Assembly (NCBI GenBank): GCA_004764695.1
Contig: SMSO01000014.1
Coordinates: 677,648-741,647, forward strand
DNA length: 64,000 bases
Source: Schizochytrium sp. TIO01
Lineage: Eukaryota; Protista; Bigyra: Labyrinthulomycetes
Reading direction: 5' to 3'
In this document: piece by piece, positions 35,968 through 48,960 of the stretch
How the letters are laid out: every line of letters begins with the position of its first letter
How positions within the stretch are numbered: position 1 is the first letter of the stretch
Notes under the pieces: generated by a model
Database searches by the model: none
What the model was told of the DNA's origin: nothing
What the model saw: the letters and a program-made list of their open reading frames with translations, nothing else
Position numbers and translations under genes: made by a program

Positions 35968-38277
35968 ATGGGTTTTACAGGTCGTTGCGTTTTGGCGATC
36001 TTGAGTACGCTGCTCTTCAGTAGCACTCATGGTATGATCGTGGAGAATGAAGACGCGGCGAGCGCAGCTCGTCGTGCATTGATCAAGTCTCGTCGTGGAT
36101 TGACAGTGGAAAACACCTACATCGCTGTCGTGGAGGACGAAGATGATATCGGGACAGCATGTGAAAACGTGACCACTCTGATCAGCGAGTACAAAGAGCT
36201 CAACCAAGTCGGTGTCATGGACGTTTACGGTGGAGATAGTGGCAAGGTGGAAACAGCCACAATTTCGTCCACCTGCAACGTTATCTTCGAAACAACTGAC
36301 TCCGATTTAGTATCATATGTTGAAACCCTTAGTGGTGTTATTTCTGTTGAACAAGACACTGTGGTGGTGACTGATGCTGCTCCAGGGTCTTGGGGTCTCG
36401 ACAGAATCGACCAGGAGGACCTTCCTTTGAGTAAATCGGCCTATGAATATATTTATACTGGTAGTGGAGTCAATGTATACGTTATCGACACGGGTGTAAA
36501 TGAAGAGCATAAAGACTTTGACGGACGCGCATCTCTTTTAAAGGACTTCACGAGTGAATCTAGTACATCAATCACTGACGGAAACGGCCATGGCACGCAC
36601 TGCTCAGGTACAGTCGGAAGTAAAACTTACGGTGTAGCCAAAGAGGTTAATATTTATGGAATCAAGGTCCTCACCTCGTCTGGCTCTGGTTCTACCTCCA
36701 CTGTCATCCAGGGTATCACCTATGCTGTGGATAACCAAAAGAACAATTTCAAAGGTGAGTCCGCAGTCCTCTCGATTTCACTTGGTGGTGCGTGGAGCTC
36801 AGCGATGAACAAAGCTACCAAAGCGGCCTCTGATGCCGGCATGATCGTAGTTGTTGCAGCTGGTAATGAAGACCAAAATGCTTGTAACATCTCGCCGGCT
36901 AGCGCTGGTGGTGATGCACGGAATGGAGGTGTCATCACTGTTGGAGCAACCACAAAGTATGATAGCTTTGCATCTTATTCCAACTATGGATCATGTGTAG
37001 ATCTCCTAGCACCCGGCTCAAACATCGTATCGACATGGTATACCTCAAACACCGCTATAGAAACCCTCAGTGGAACCTCCATGGCAACTCCTCACGTTGC
37101 AGGTGTTGCAGCTCTCCTTTTAGAGAAGCATAGCATGGATAAAGACGATGCACAGTCTGAGTTGATTTCCCTTCTTGCTACAAATAAGATCTCTGGAACA
37201 TCAAGTACCTCCACTCCTAATGTTCTGCTTCAGGTACCTTTGTACACTGGACCACCCACTCCACCAACCGTTCAGGCTACACTTGCTCCCACCTTGGCAC
37301 CAGATGAAGTCTGTGTAACTAGCAATGGTGACACCTCATGTGTTACGTATTTACAATCTCTCTTTGGTGGCGACTTTTCTGCAACCAGTCTCATATCTGG
37401 ATCCCTTATTCTTAGCGAATCTGATCTTTGTGAGGCAACTGACGAGGATTTCACCGACAAAGTCGTTTTGGTGCCGAGAGGTAACTGCATGTTCTATAAC
37501 AAGGTCTATCAAGCTCAGACTCAGGGTGCCAAAGCTGTTGTTTTGTACCTGGTGGAATCTGGATCTATTTTTGCACCAACCTACTACGATGACGATGAGG
37601 TCACTATTCTCTCAGTGATGATTGGATACTCTGATGGAAAAACCTGGAAAAAGCTTGCAAACAAAGGGGGTGCTGTAGCAAAGCTGGGTTCACCCAGTCT
37701 CTACACATCAGAAACAGAGACCGCAGAGGGCGTGTCTACACCTTCCACTAACGTACCAACTCCAACCCCAACTGCAACGCCAACATCTCGTCCTACCGTT
37801 GCATGCTCTTCTCTTTCCTCTGCGTCTAAGTGCCGCAGTGCTAGTCAGTGTGTTTGGCAAAAATCTGGCAAAGAATGCTACGATGTTAGTAGTGATGATG
37901 TTCCTTGCACTTTACTTTCTGAGTCACAGTGTACAGAGAATAGTAACTGCGGATGGGCAATCATTCCAGCCCAATCTAAGTCATATTCCTGCTACGAAGC
38001 GACTGCCATCCCTTCCGAAGTCGACGTGACAACACCAGAAACGTGCGAAAGCAGCAAGTACGATGCTGCCGCCACAATTTGCTCGGATCTGGATCTAACT
38101 ATTTGCACAGCCGCACAACTGCTGGCGGCAGAGTCAGACTCAACTTGCTCTTTTGATAACTCATTTGTATGGTCGTCAACCTCATGTGGCAAAAACAAGT
38201 ATTACCAAGTTAAACAAGCTTCACAAAAACTCCGCTGCAAGAAGAAAACGCAATCTGCTAGTGTTCGATGCTGCTAA
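35968..38277 (+). CDS. Secreted S8A subtilisin with PA and Cys-rich domains, copy 3
   Basis: The track starts at GTG 35950; the first ATG (35968, MGFTGRCVLAIL...) gives a signal peptide. VIDTG / DGNGHGTH / SGTSMATPHVAG, PA DKVVLVPRGNC, and terminal RCC. Confidence 0.93.
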   Translation: MGFTGRCVLAILSTLLFSSTHGMIVENEDAASAARRALIKSRRGLTVENTYIAVVEDEDDIGTACENVTTLISEYKELNQVGVMDVYGGDSGKVETATISSTCNVIFETTDSDLVSYVETLSGVISVEQDTVVVTDAAPGSWGLDRIDQEDLPLSKSAYEYIYTGSGVNVYVIDTGVNEEHKDFDGRASLLKDFTSESSTSITDGNGHGTHCSGTVGSKTYGVAKEVNIYGIKVLTSSGSGSTSTVIQGITYAVDNQKNNFKGESAVLSISLGGAWSSAMNKATKAASDAGMIVVVAAGNEDQNACNISPASAGGDARNGGVITVGATTKYDSFASYSNYGSCVDLLAPGSNIVSTWYTSNTAIETLSGTSMATPHVAGVAALLLEKHSMDKDDAQSELISLLATNKISGTSSTSTPNVLLQVPLYTGPPTPPTVQATLAPTLAPDEVCVTSNGDTSCVTYLQSLFGGDFSATSLISGSLILSESDLCEATDEDFTDKVVLVPRGNCMFYNKVYQAQTQGAKAVVLYLVESGSIFAPTYYDDDEVTILSVMIGYSDGKTWKKLANKGGAVAKLGSPSLYTSETETAEGVSTPSTNVPTPTPTATPTSRPTVACSSLSSASKCRSASQCVWQKSGKECYDVSSDDVPCTLLSESQCTENSNCGWAIIPAQSKSYSCYEATAIPSEVDVTTPETCESSKYDAAATICSDLDLTICTAAQLLAAESDSTCSFDNSFVWSSTSCGKNKYYQVKQASQKLRCKKKTQSASVRCC

Positions 38278-39498
38278 CCAACACTGAGCTGTGAAAGGTT
38301 CCTTCCTTCTATGCCTTTTCTCACGTGACTTTTTCGCATTCCTGATTTTGCGCTCTGACTAATTAATGCACCAACAGCATATCTGACCCTTTGTGTAACT
38401 CCTCTACAATTTGCTTTGGAAGTCCTGATTAATTTCAAAACATGAACTTCATTTTTAAAATGTATAAACTTGAAACCATTTCACCGAAACCACCTTCAAG
38501 AACATGTACACCGTAAGCGTTATTTAGGATGCAGAAATAATTGTGGTATGTATAATCAAATTTCACAATGCCTTTTTATGCTCAAAACTTTTTCCATGAG
38601 CAGTTTTTAATTAGTTTAATGAGAACCGAATTTATTTGGGAAATGGACGATAGGAAGAGGAAGCACTCTTAGGACATCAGAATGGTCACGCAAATTCAAC
38701 TTCAAGCTTCCTCTGATTAGTCTAAGCAAAGAGTATACATTGCGTACTCTTTTTTATTCCGTTTTGAAGCGGTGTATTGAAACCTTCAAGTTCGAATTTG
38801 TTTTATTTGCTATTCTGAAGAAGGGAAAAAATCCAATCGCAAAGATCCATTTGAATGTAGTAGCTTGTATGCATCCATGAATACAGTATCGCATATGACT
38901 CGAAGCGGATAGAATCTATCTTCTCTATTACATATCCATGTTGTGTTGGAGACTTAGACTAAAAACAATTATGCACTATATAGATCCGTTTTTGGGGGAG
39001 GGGCTAGACATGCTTATTCTCCTACTAGTACTTCATAGCACAGTCATTCGATTCAAACCCATTTTCCTTTTCCGTACCTAATCTTTGGGAAATGGATATT
39101 TGGTATCTAATGAAGTATTATTCTGGCATAGATCCGCTGCAGATTCCTTGATTTCAAAGTTTATGTACATTGTCGATGTACAGATGCATTCTCTTCGAGT
39201 AAAGTTTTAACTGATAATCTGGGCAAATTACATGATGATCGGTGAAGAATAACATACAAAACATCCTTGTATCTTAGATTAGTTAACACTAACGTAATGC
39301 TCCGCGGTCTTTTCTATGTCTTAGCGAAGCCAAATTGAGCGCGGAGGTCTCACGCCATAGGCAGTGGATCAGATACATTTTAACCTGAGCGAATACATCG
39401 ATTCGCAATTGCTTGGACGAATGCAACTCACCACCAGTTCGGAAATGCAGATCAGGAATTAACTTCAAATATTCTTGAATCAGAGTTCTTCGAAAGTG

Positions 39499-41553
39499 AT
39501 GCGTAACCAGGTAGTATTAGCTCTTTTGATTTTTTCGTTGCTTTGCGGAAATGTCTTTGCCTTACTCTCTCCTCCAAGTGAGGACAATCGTGAAGCAAGT
39601 ACACTTAGTGTTGACGGACAGTATATCGCGACGTTTTTTGATCCCAATGGAAGTGGCGAACCTTGCGAGAAGGCCTCAAAGATAATTCGGGCTTGGAAGA
39701 AAGTTAATGAAGCCACTACATATGCAGCTAACGACGAGGAAATGGGGGTCTCAGCAGTCGCTATAAACGCCACGTGCACATTGTTCTTTGAAGCAATCGA
39801 TGAGGAATTGGTGCAATATGTTACATCTGAGATGCCTGAAGTCCTTAATATTGAAAAAAATGGAATCGTGCGATTTGCGGGCAGTCCTGCTTCCTGGGGC
39901 TTAGATCGAATTGATCAAACAGATCTACCTTTGAGTAACACAGACTACTTTAGTTCGTACTCTGGAGCTGGAGTCAACGTCTTTGTCATTGACACAGGGT
40001 TGTACACTGAGCATTCAGATTTTGAAGGAAGAGCTACATTGCTGAAAGACTTCACTAGTGAAAATGGCTCAGATATTTTAGATGGCAATGGACATGGTAC
40101 GCATTGTTCTGGTACTGTTGGCAGTAAAACTTATGGGGTGGCAAAACAAGCAAACATCTTTGGGCTCAAAGTACTAACTTCTGATGGAACAGGAACATAC
40201 AGTTCGCTTATTCAAGCTCTTGCATATGTGGTTGAGTATCAAAACACCTACCATGATGGAGAGTCTGCCGTGATTTCAATGTCACTAGGAGGAGGTTATA
40301 GCTACAGTCTGAACCTCGCAGCAAGCGATGCATCGGATGCAGGTATGATTGTCGTCGTTGCTGCAGGCAATGAAGCCGATGATGCATGCCAATACTCACC
40401 TGCAGGCGCTGGTGGAGATGGTGATGAAGGTAGTGTTATCACCGTAGGTTCTACTCATTGGACAGATCAATTATCTTCCTTTTCCAATTATGGAGATTGC
40501 GTCGATATACTTGCTCCAGGAAGTTATATTGATTCGACGTATATTGGCTCGACGTCGAGTTCTGCAACTCTCAGTGGTACATCAATGGCGACTCCACATG
40601 TAGCGGGAGCAGCCGCAGTTTTGCTCGAAAAACACTCTTTTAATAAACTTGCTGCGCAAAGCGAGTTGTTTAGTCTTGCCTCCATCAACAAAATTACAGG
40701 TTTATCTGGAGCTAAAATTGAAACCCCAAATCTTTTGCTACAAGTTCCACAAACAACTTGGGCTCCGACAACTCCGACTGTTTTGCCTACTTACGCCCCC
40801 ACAGAGCCTCAAGACTCTGTATGTGCTGTATTGAATGGCACAACATCCTGTGTTAACTTTATGCAGTCCGAGTTTGGCGAAGATGACTTTCCTGACCATC
40901 AAGTTATGCGTGAACCTATGTATGCTGTTGATCATGATATGTGTGATCAAACTGATGAAGACTTATCAGGTTTCATTGTTATCATACCTCGTGGAAATTG
41001 TCAATTCTACGACAAGGTATACAATGCTCAATTACAAGGTGCTGAAGCAGTCATTCTTTATATGAGCACATATGATCCGATTTTTGCACCGATTTCAAAT
41101 TACAAACGCGACAAAGTTGAGATTCTTTCTGTTATGATCAGTAAATCGGATGGGGAAAATTTTATTTTACTCGCATTGCAAGGCGCAATGGGGCAATTTG
41201 GATCGCCTGCCTACTCTGAGTCTACTGCATTTCCTACGCCCTATCCAACAACACGCGCTCCAACATCAAGGCCCTCGAGGGCTCCGACCCAACATCCTAC
41301 GCCTTTTGTTTGCTCTTCCCTAAACTCCTCAAAGAAAAGATGTGGCAGAGCAAAGAGTTGCATATACGATAGTTCATCTGAAACATGTTATGAATGGGCT
41401 GATGTTGATACCCCTTGCAATATTTTATCCAAAAAATTATGCAACAAAAATAGTGCATGTTACTGGGGGACTATGCCGCTTTCAACCGATGGCCGACGGA
41501 AGAAGCGTACACGAAAGACTTGCCTGGCAAATTTAGAAAACAATACCATATAG
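39499..41553 (+). CDS. Secreted S8A subtilisin with PA domain, C-terminally shorter, copy 4
   Basis: The track starts at TTG 39475; the first ATG (39499, MRNQVVLALLIF...) gives a signal peptide. Intact triad, PA IIPRGNCQFYDK and two Cys repeats, but no 8-Cys RCC domain. Confidence 0.92.
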   Translation: MRNQVVLALLIFSLLCGNVFALLSPPSEDNREASTLSVDGQYIATFFDPNGSGEPCEKASKIIRAWKKVNEATTYAANDEEMGVSAVAINATCTLFFEAIDEELVQYVTSEMPEVLNIEKNGIVRFAGSPASWGLDRIDQTDLPLSNTDYFSSYSGAGVNVFVIDTGLYTEHSDFEGRATLLKDFTSENGSDILDGNGHGTHCSGTVGSKTYGVAKQANIFGLKVLTSDGTGTYSSLIQALAYVVEYQNTYHDGESAVISMSLGGGYSYSLNLAASDASDAGMIVVVAAGNEADDACQYSPAGAGGDGDEGSVITVGSTHWTDQLSSFSNYGDCVDILAPGSYIDSTYIGSTSSSATLSGTSMATPHVAGAAAVLLEKHSFNKLAAQSELFSLASINKITGLSGAKIETPNLLLQVPQTTWAPTTPTVLPTYAPTEPQDSVCAVLNGTTSCVNFMQSEFGEDDFPDHQVMREPMYAVDHDMCDQTDEDLSGFIVIIPRGNCQFYDKVYNAQLQGAEAVILYMSTYDPIFAPISNYKRDKVEILSVMISKSDGENFILLALQGAMGQFGSPAYSESTAFPTPYPTTRAPTSRPSRAPTQHPTPFVCSSLNSSKKRCGRAKSCIYDSSSETCYEWADVDTPCNILSKKLCNKNSACYWGTMPLSTDGRRKKRTRKTCLANLENNTI

Positions 41554-41671
41554 TTTCACGAATTTTTAATTTTGTGCGTGGCATAGGCAAAATCCTATTT
41601 TTACACGCCTCCTATAATATACATCATTTAGGACAGTCTGTTCAAAGTTGCAACACGAATGCCTGCCGCCG

Positions 41672-41691
41672 ATATATATATATATATATAT
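41672..41691. repeat. (AT)10 microsatellite
   Basis: Seen directly downstream of copy 4. Confidence 0.85.
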
Positions 41692-41951
41692 GCATATCAT
41701 AGAAAATAAATAACAATGTTTCCGAAGTTGATGAAAAGGCAAAGTATAATATTCTTTTTCTGAGATCATGATTTCTTATTTACGAGATCATTCATTCGAC
41801 TTTTAGCACTTTGAACAGTAGATGTGTAGAATTTTGACTATCGCCATTCAAAGTTGGCAATTTTTTCTCTTATTATCCTGGAATTGAGAATGCATGGGGT
41901 TTATTTAACATTTATTATCAAGATTATTATTTATCATAATCATGAATTATC

Positions 41952-41960
41952 ATAATAGTA

Positions 41961-42000
<40 letters not shown>
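41952..42000. repeat. (AAT)n microsatellite with AGT interruptions
   Basis: Seen directly. Confidence 0.9.
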
Positions 42001-42005
<5 letters not shown>

Positions 42006-45000
42006 CAAGAAGTCAGATTTTGTTGAAAATCAACTCTTCTCTCTCTCTCTTTTTATCTCGTACATTTCTAACCACGTCACACAATCAATCCTTTTGTTCG
42101 CTCTACATCACCCATTGGCAACGAACTGAACCTATGATCTTCTCATGGCATATTCCACGAGAAGTTAACTCTCGACTTCTTCCTGTGGCTCCCTCAGCCT
42201 TTAATTTAGAGGCCAAGCCAGATCTCCAAACTAGTACCTACCTATATACCACTGTTCCTAGCTTCCGCTCTTCACACTGCTTTCTATACACATATAAATT
42301 TCACTTCATCAAGAATACTTTATAAATTCTTTATAACAACCGCAATGGAGAGCCTACCTAAATTCATACTTATTATTCTCAGCCTGGGAGTCAGCGTCCC
42401 GTCATCACTTCGCACTCGTCTCTCTGGCGTCGCCACGATTGCGAAGCATTTGCTGCTTCAAAAACACCTCGCACTTTTCCTAAGAAGTCACTTATTACTA
42501 ACTTTAGCATTGCTACCCGGCGCGTAAACTCAATTCTACCAACTCAATTGAAAGATTCCTTCGCATAAAATTTGGCCAGAACTTGAAGTCTTCGTACCTT
42601 TACTCGAAACAAAGTGAACAGAAAGGAGAATGGAAAATCAACCCGAACCTTGCCATCAGTTTGAGTTTTGCTCGTGATCTTCTGAAGAGCTTTTCGTGGC
42701 TCGGTTAAATATAATGAGATACGTTAAGTCGGGTGTCATCGACCTACAAGTTGCAGTAAAGAAAAGGGCGGGGCTTGTTCTCATTTTGAGCGCTCAAGGC
42801 GGAACCGCGGGTTCTTAGAGAAATGATCTTCGTCAAAGGCTTTATTTAATGGCGTCCTCCACAGAGGTAAGGCTAGTCGCTACCGAAGGCGAGAGAGGCT
42901 TGAATCATATCCCAATTTTGATGTGTGGTAAATTACGCCATACTGTGTCAGCGACGTGATGTACATCAGCGTGAGGGTTCATTGTAAAGCACCAATAACT
43001 AGTAGGTAGTTAGCCTTGAACCTGCAGTATCATAATACATTAAACATTTATATTTTACTTCGAACTCGAAAGAGTCAATTTTGAGAAAGTAAAGGACTGA
43101 TTGCAAACAAATAGTTAAAATGTAAGAAAAGAACTAATATTATTTACTTCAAAATTGCTGTGACTATGACTTATATCATCTCAATGGAACGACAAATCTC
43201 TTTAAGTCCGATTCGATCAAAGTTTACAAAGTATGTGAGACAAAATACTTATATGAAAAAAAAGTTCATTTTGCGAGTTTCCCTTTAACAATCGTGAGCA
43301 TAGCAACAGTACTTGTGTGGAGCACGGCCATCATACGATGATGTAAGACAATGTTGCTCAATTGCCATTGAACTCGAATAATAATTTTTCCTTTTTTTTT
43401 TCATAAGATGTTTGAACGATCGAGAGCACAAGAAGACTTTGGAAACTTAAACGATGCAGTCCAAGCAGTTCTTCATGAAAAATGTAACTATCAGGCTATC
43501 AACTGTCGATGTGCAATATTGAAATTTTTATCATTGGGCAGTGCTTCAACTACGTTTTGAGCCAGACTAATAGCACTCCATAAATTGATTGTCTTCGGAG
43601 CGGGTTGTCACTTTCCCACTAACCTTTAGCTCATGGATTTCTGCTTCGCATTCGAAAATATCTTTTGTATTGCCATAAACAGTATACATGTGCAGGCAAA
43701 ATATATAGCATATACTCCGGGTCGTTTCTGCTGTCAAATCTGTACTACCTACAGTGTATGTAGTATATCGAGCTCATTCGACTCTTTTTCTTTTCATTAG
43801 AATGATGTATAAATTGTAATGCTTAGAGTGCTACACTCCTACATTTTTAGAAAGCATTTACATGTAGATGTAGAATAACACCCAGCATCTACATGAGACG
43901 AATGTCGTTTTCAGAAATTCGATGAGGTGATCGTGCACTAAGCTCGATTCGTTTCTTAATGAATACACTACTAATTATTCATTTTTCATTCGACAACTTA
44001 ACCTTTTGCATATTCTACTTTGCTAGGTGCAACTTTTTGATTAACCTTCTTAAAGCTATCTAATGATGAGTGGGGTAGGAAAACGTGAATGGATTCTTAC
44101 AATCATGAGCAAACATAGTGTTAGATCAACAGGCTGAACTGTGAATAATTGAGACGGAAAAAGATAGAGTTGATGGCCTGCGATCTATGATGTTAATTTA
44201 GGGCTCATCAAACGTTGAACCGCTAAATGTCATTTATCGTTTCCCCCTCACTCAACAACTTCAGCCTTTGAGACAACTTCTCAATTTGTCCAACTGTCAG
44301 AGTGTCGTTTTCACAAACAGCTTCTTCCAACTTTCATTGGTACAAAAGTTTTGCCATGAGCCATAATAAAAGCTATTAAATAATTCACAACAAAGCATGA
44401 AGCCGCGTGAGCACGATGACGGGCTCCCATACACTCCATCTAAACTACACACTTCACAAGAAGCGTTACCTTTTCAGAGTGCCTGCTCACATTCAGCCAA
44501 TTGGTTTGGCTACGGACGTTCCTTCTCAATTTTGAGTAAAGCTTCCTCAAAACTAGTACAGTCCGAGGGTTACAGGGCTAAAACGCCTCAATGCAGAAGC
44601 TTGGTGGCTGCATTTTTGCTGGGTTAGTCTCTTCACCTAGTTTTACTTTCATTTTCTGCTGTGAGATTTAATATTTTGGCTGCAGACAATCGAAACAGCG
44701 GTTCACGCGGTGCCTCTTATAGTATGATACTGGCAGGATATTCATGAATCCCTCTACAATGAATACTTGCCAGCGTGTGATCAATTCATATCAATCAGGC
44801 ATTCAGATGTTCATCAACCTCGCCAGACTCCAGGCATATTTCTAGGTCACTGAAGCACTAGTTGGACTAGGCAAATATAGAAATGACTTTTGTTTCTTTC
44901 AAAGGAAGCTGTAGCTGGCAGCTGAGATGCGATTAGGGCGTAAACATCGCATGATGATGACCAGTTGAGCCAAGTTAGGCATGGATGGCAACTATAGGAA

Positions 45001-48000
45001 AATTGTTATTCGTTAAAACGTGGCACATCATTATATTTTAATCATCAAACGTCTCCAAGGCTGCAAGTTTATGTTTCAAGATCTTGCAAACATACTTTTC
45101 CCAGTAGCTAGTAAGTAACATTTATGGCTATGCCGCGTTTTTCACATATAAAACGCTGTAAATCTTCAGTTTTCACAAGCTTATCACAAATAATCTAGCT
45201 CGAAAGATAACTTTTTGAACAATTCTGGTCTATCTTCAAGCAGCTGCCACACGTGCCGATGCCAAACCTGCGTTTCCTTGTCCCTCGTGTAGGACTACCG
45301 ACGGCCAGAAGATTCTATAGTATTATGTCAATTAATTTAAAATCATTGAGATGAGTACAATAAACTTCGAGTAGTCAGGTTCGTACTACCTAGATACAAG
45401 ACTGCGAATATTCCGAGAATGGAAGAAAGGAAATTAATTACCCCTCCCACAGTGACTCCAAATATCGCCACAAGCAATAAACAACTTATTCTGAAGGATT
45501 GGTGAAGCTTTTATCAATTTATCAATCCAAAGGAGGGAGTAAAAAAGTAGAAGCATCATGGTGATGGTCGACCTCTCTCCATCATCGGCGATCCGATCAT
45601 TTCGGATTGGCTAGGGCAGTAATGCTGATAGTCGGGAAAGTACGGTCTTTCATCCATTTCGCAGCGAGGTATTTCAGGTCACACTCTTAGCTAGTTCGTT
45701 GACTTTCTAAATACCCTCGCAGAGCTAGCTTCCTAGGGTGTCTAGCACCTATTCAATTGATTTGTAATTGAAATGGAATTCTAAGGGAGGGTAGGTACCT
45801 ATCGTCAGGAGCTCGAAAATAAATGGTGGTGGCGAAAGGAGAATTCGAACAGCGGGACACCTTGCAATTGTTCGTGAGTAAGCACTCCGAGAGACAGGAC
45901 CTCGAAAGGAATATAAGGGCCCCATGCAAATATAGGTATAGTGTATAGAGACTTAGGCGATGCCAATGGCAAGAGCAATTGGCAGGAAATAGCAGATGCG
46001 GAACTTTACAAACGACAGACGGTCTTGAAAAGATCTCAGAAGATCAAAAGTTCCCTGTGGAAATGTTCTTCTTTGTCAGGCCAAGGATCAGAGACTCAGA
46101 GTCTTGCAGTCCGCTCTGTCACGATCATTTGGGCTCGAGTTTTTGCGATCGTCACCGGCTGTCATGTTGTCAGCGAGAGTGTGATCATCATCATTGAGCA
46201 CTTGCTAACATAGTCCTCCATCCAATAATAGCATCGAGACCTGCGATGGTTCTCCGAGTACTCACCAACCTCAGCCTGTCTGGCGTGCAGACCATGGGAA
46301 GGACTTATTGGGATCGCCTTCGAGATCGGATGAAAATTGTACCTACGAGATCTGATTCGTTGCTTATCGACCCCTGGGCCCCTGCTGAGCTTTTGCCCGT
46401 GGCCTTAAGCACAAGGTATCTATCTACTCCTGGTCATGACGAGCGCCACAAGCTTCAGGCCATTTCATGAAGGTTAAGTGCTAATTTATTTTGCGCAAGT
46501 CGAGCACACTCGAATGGTCGCGTCTTTCACCTTTAGCCTCACAAATAAAGAGTGCGTACCAATATGAATCGATAGCCTTGCAGATATTGCTTTTACAAGG
46601 CCACTTCTGATTCTCTGCTCAAGTTCTGCATGAAAAATACGTAGTGCAAGAATGGCAATGTATCTAAAGGCTTGTCCGAACGCTTGGTCTCTGCTAGTAC
46701 CTTAGTGAGTGTTTGGCTGCACATCTTTTATGGCGCTCTTTCTTGGCAACCTGCGACCTACTCTTTTGACATTCCATTAATATATATTTTTTTTGTAATC
46801 TTCAGCAGTACAACTCAATACTGATGCGCATAGGACTATAATGTGCGATGCCTTTATAATAGTTCGGCTTCCGAGTTTCCATTTTATTTTGGGTGAGCAC
46901 ACCTAAAATCGACTTCAAAAATTACAGGACCGAAGTAATGACTGATCGAAAAATGGCAGTCATACAGCAGGGTTTACAAATCCAAGCTCGAAACTGTGTT
47001 GCTGTTGACCAGTCAATCGCATCTACTTCTTAGTTGGTCCCAGATCCATCTGAGCGCAATAATGCTGAAAGCTAGGATCGAATGGATTCTTTGGGGTTGA
47101 CCTAATTGATTAACATTCTAGTAGATTGCAAAGTATGCAGAGTAGTACCTCCTACTACATGCTACTTGGGAGCGAGTATTGAGTACTAGACTACATTAAA
47201 GATAATCACAAAGTTCTGCTAGGTAGCGTTTGGGCCTTTACAACCTAGGGAGGCATTATTGAGTGAAGCACACTTGGACAATTGAGGTGACACTTTAGGC
47301 AGCGACAGCCACGCATGCGCTGCTTTTCACAGCGCTCATCGTGAGTATAAGCCGAAAAGTGCGACTGACTCTTCTTACGATTTCCTACTTAGGTAGCATA
47401 TAGCACTTCTATTGCAACCATGCAAAGTCGAATGCATTACTGGCAGGTAGCTAATAAGAGGTACCTATGCCAAAAAGTTTGGAGACAGTTTTCGTTCTGT
47501 CCTATTTGATTGGTTGATTGGCGCGGATTTCTATCGAAACACTCCTCCCAGAAGTAGTAGTATGAAAACTAAAAGCTTCTATAGGTTCTTGCGGTCTAAC
47601 TTCAAGTTACCAAATCGAGCTTATCCTTTCAGGAAACCGCACGCGACCCTTCTCTTTCAAGTCAGGATGATAACTTCGGACGCTTAAAGCGGGGGCGGAG
47701 CCCGAACAATTATGGAGAGCGCAAGAACCTTCATTAAGTCTTATTCTCATCTATGAGCTTTAAGCTATGCGATTGATTATCTGGGAAAGACGCGAGTTCC
47801 ATAACCTCTCGCTTCTCGGCGCGCGCTTCAAGACTATGACAAGAAAATAAGAATATAATGAACAGGACCAAGCGAGTCAGAAGGCGGGATTCAAAATTAT
47901 CTGAGGTGTAGTATTATTATCTGCCGCATACTTTCTTGTCAACCAGCCAACTCTGGACTACTTCTTTACCAGCCTTTTGAGTACCAGCCAGTTTTTTGCC

Positions 48001-48960
48001 AGGAGGGAGATTGGGAGGCAGAACGTGCCGTCTTAGCAAATAGCCCTGCCATGCCCCATCTAGATCGAATGCACAAGCAATAAATCACTAGTCTAGGTTA
48101 GTTGTTGCATTGCATTGCATTGCAAAGCTATGCATCAGACCATACCTTTCACTACGATCATTGAAGATCAATTATCAGCTTAGGTTTCAGATCACCGTGG
48201 TCGTCCTTCTGTTGTAATGATCATTTTATAAGAATACATGCGAAAAGGGAGAAAAAAAAGTGCGACACGAGCCTGCCTGATCGGTGGTCAAATTTCTATC
48301 CAATAACAACTATTCCGCAAGGTCGACAGTAAGATAGCGGCATTAGATTTCAAGGTTAAACCACAAGAGGATCAGAGCAGGCCGTGTAAATGCAAGGAAC
48401 TGAAGCAAAGACGGGAGGATTTCGTGTAAATAAAAAACCCGCGATAAATCTCAAAGCTCGCCTCAATAAATAAGGTAAAGAGAATTGGAAGAGGTGGGCT
48501 AAGATACAAGACTCGTGTATACTTGTATGGAATGGCGCCGCTCTTTTTTCATTGTTGTTAGTGTGCGAGAATGCTCAAAAATGTGGTGCTTAAGTGTGGC
48601 AGCGAGAATTACGCCAAACCCGAAACTTGCAGAAAGCCTCTACTCTTGATGCACCCTGACAATATCGGAGTGGCTTGATTCTACTGCCAGCTCTCTACTC
48701 ATACACATTGGCTCCCGGCGAGCTTCTTGTGTTTTGCAAGCGCCTTAGCTAGCACGTACAATAGATGAGCACTTGTCAGGGCTCCCAGCTTTCTTATCGA
48801 GTACTTCTTTCTAGCAAACAACTCTTGAAGCGCTCTGGGTAGAAAACGCCTTCAAGGTAGAGTACCATTCCCTCGCCTACAAACTATAGGACGAGCTATT
48901 TATTCACTCACAAACCTTCGCTTTCTTATACTCAGCCACATTGCTTTCTGACCAATTATA

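Noticed and set aside
42510-42580. NSTNSIERF as a Mutator/IS256 transposase motif
   Set aside because: Isolated short match with no other DDE motifs.
45823-45900. tRNA-like 3' end on the minus strand (GTTCGAAT...CGCCACCA)
   Set aside because: The T-stem arms do not pair, and no acceptor, D or anticodon stems can be formed.
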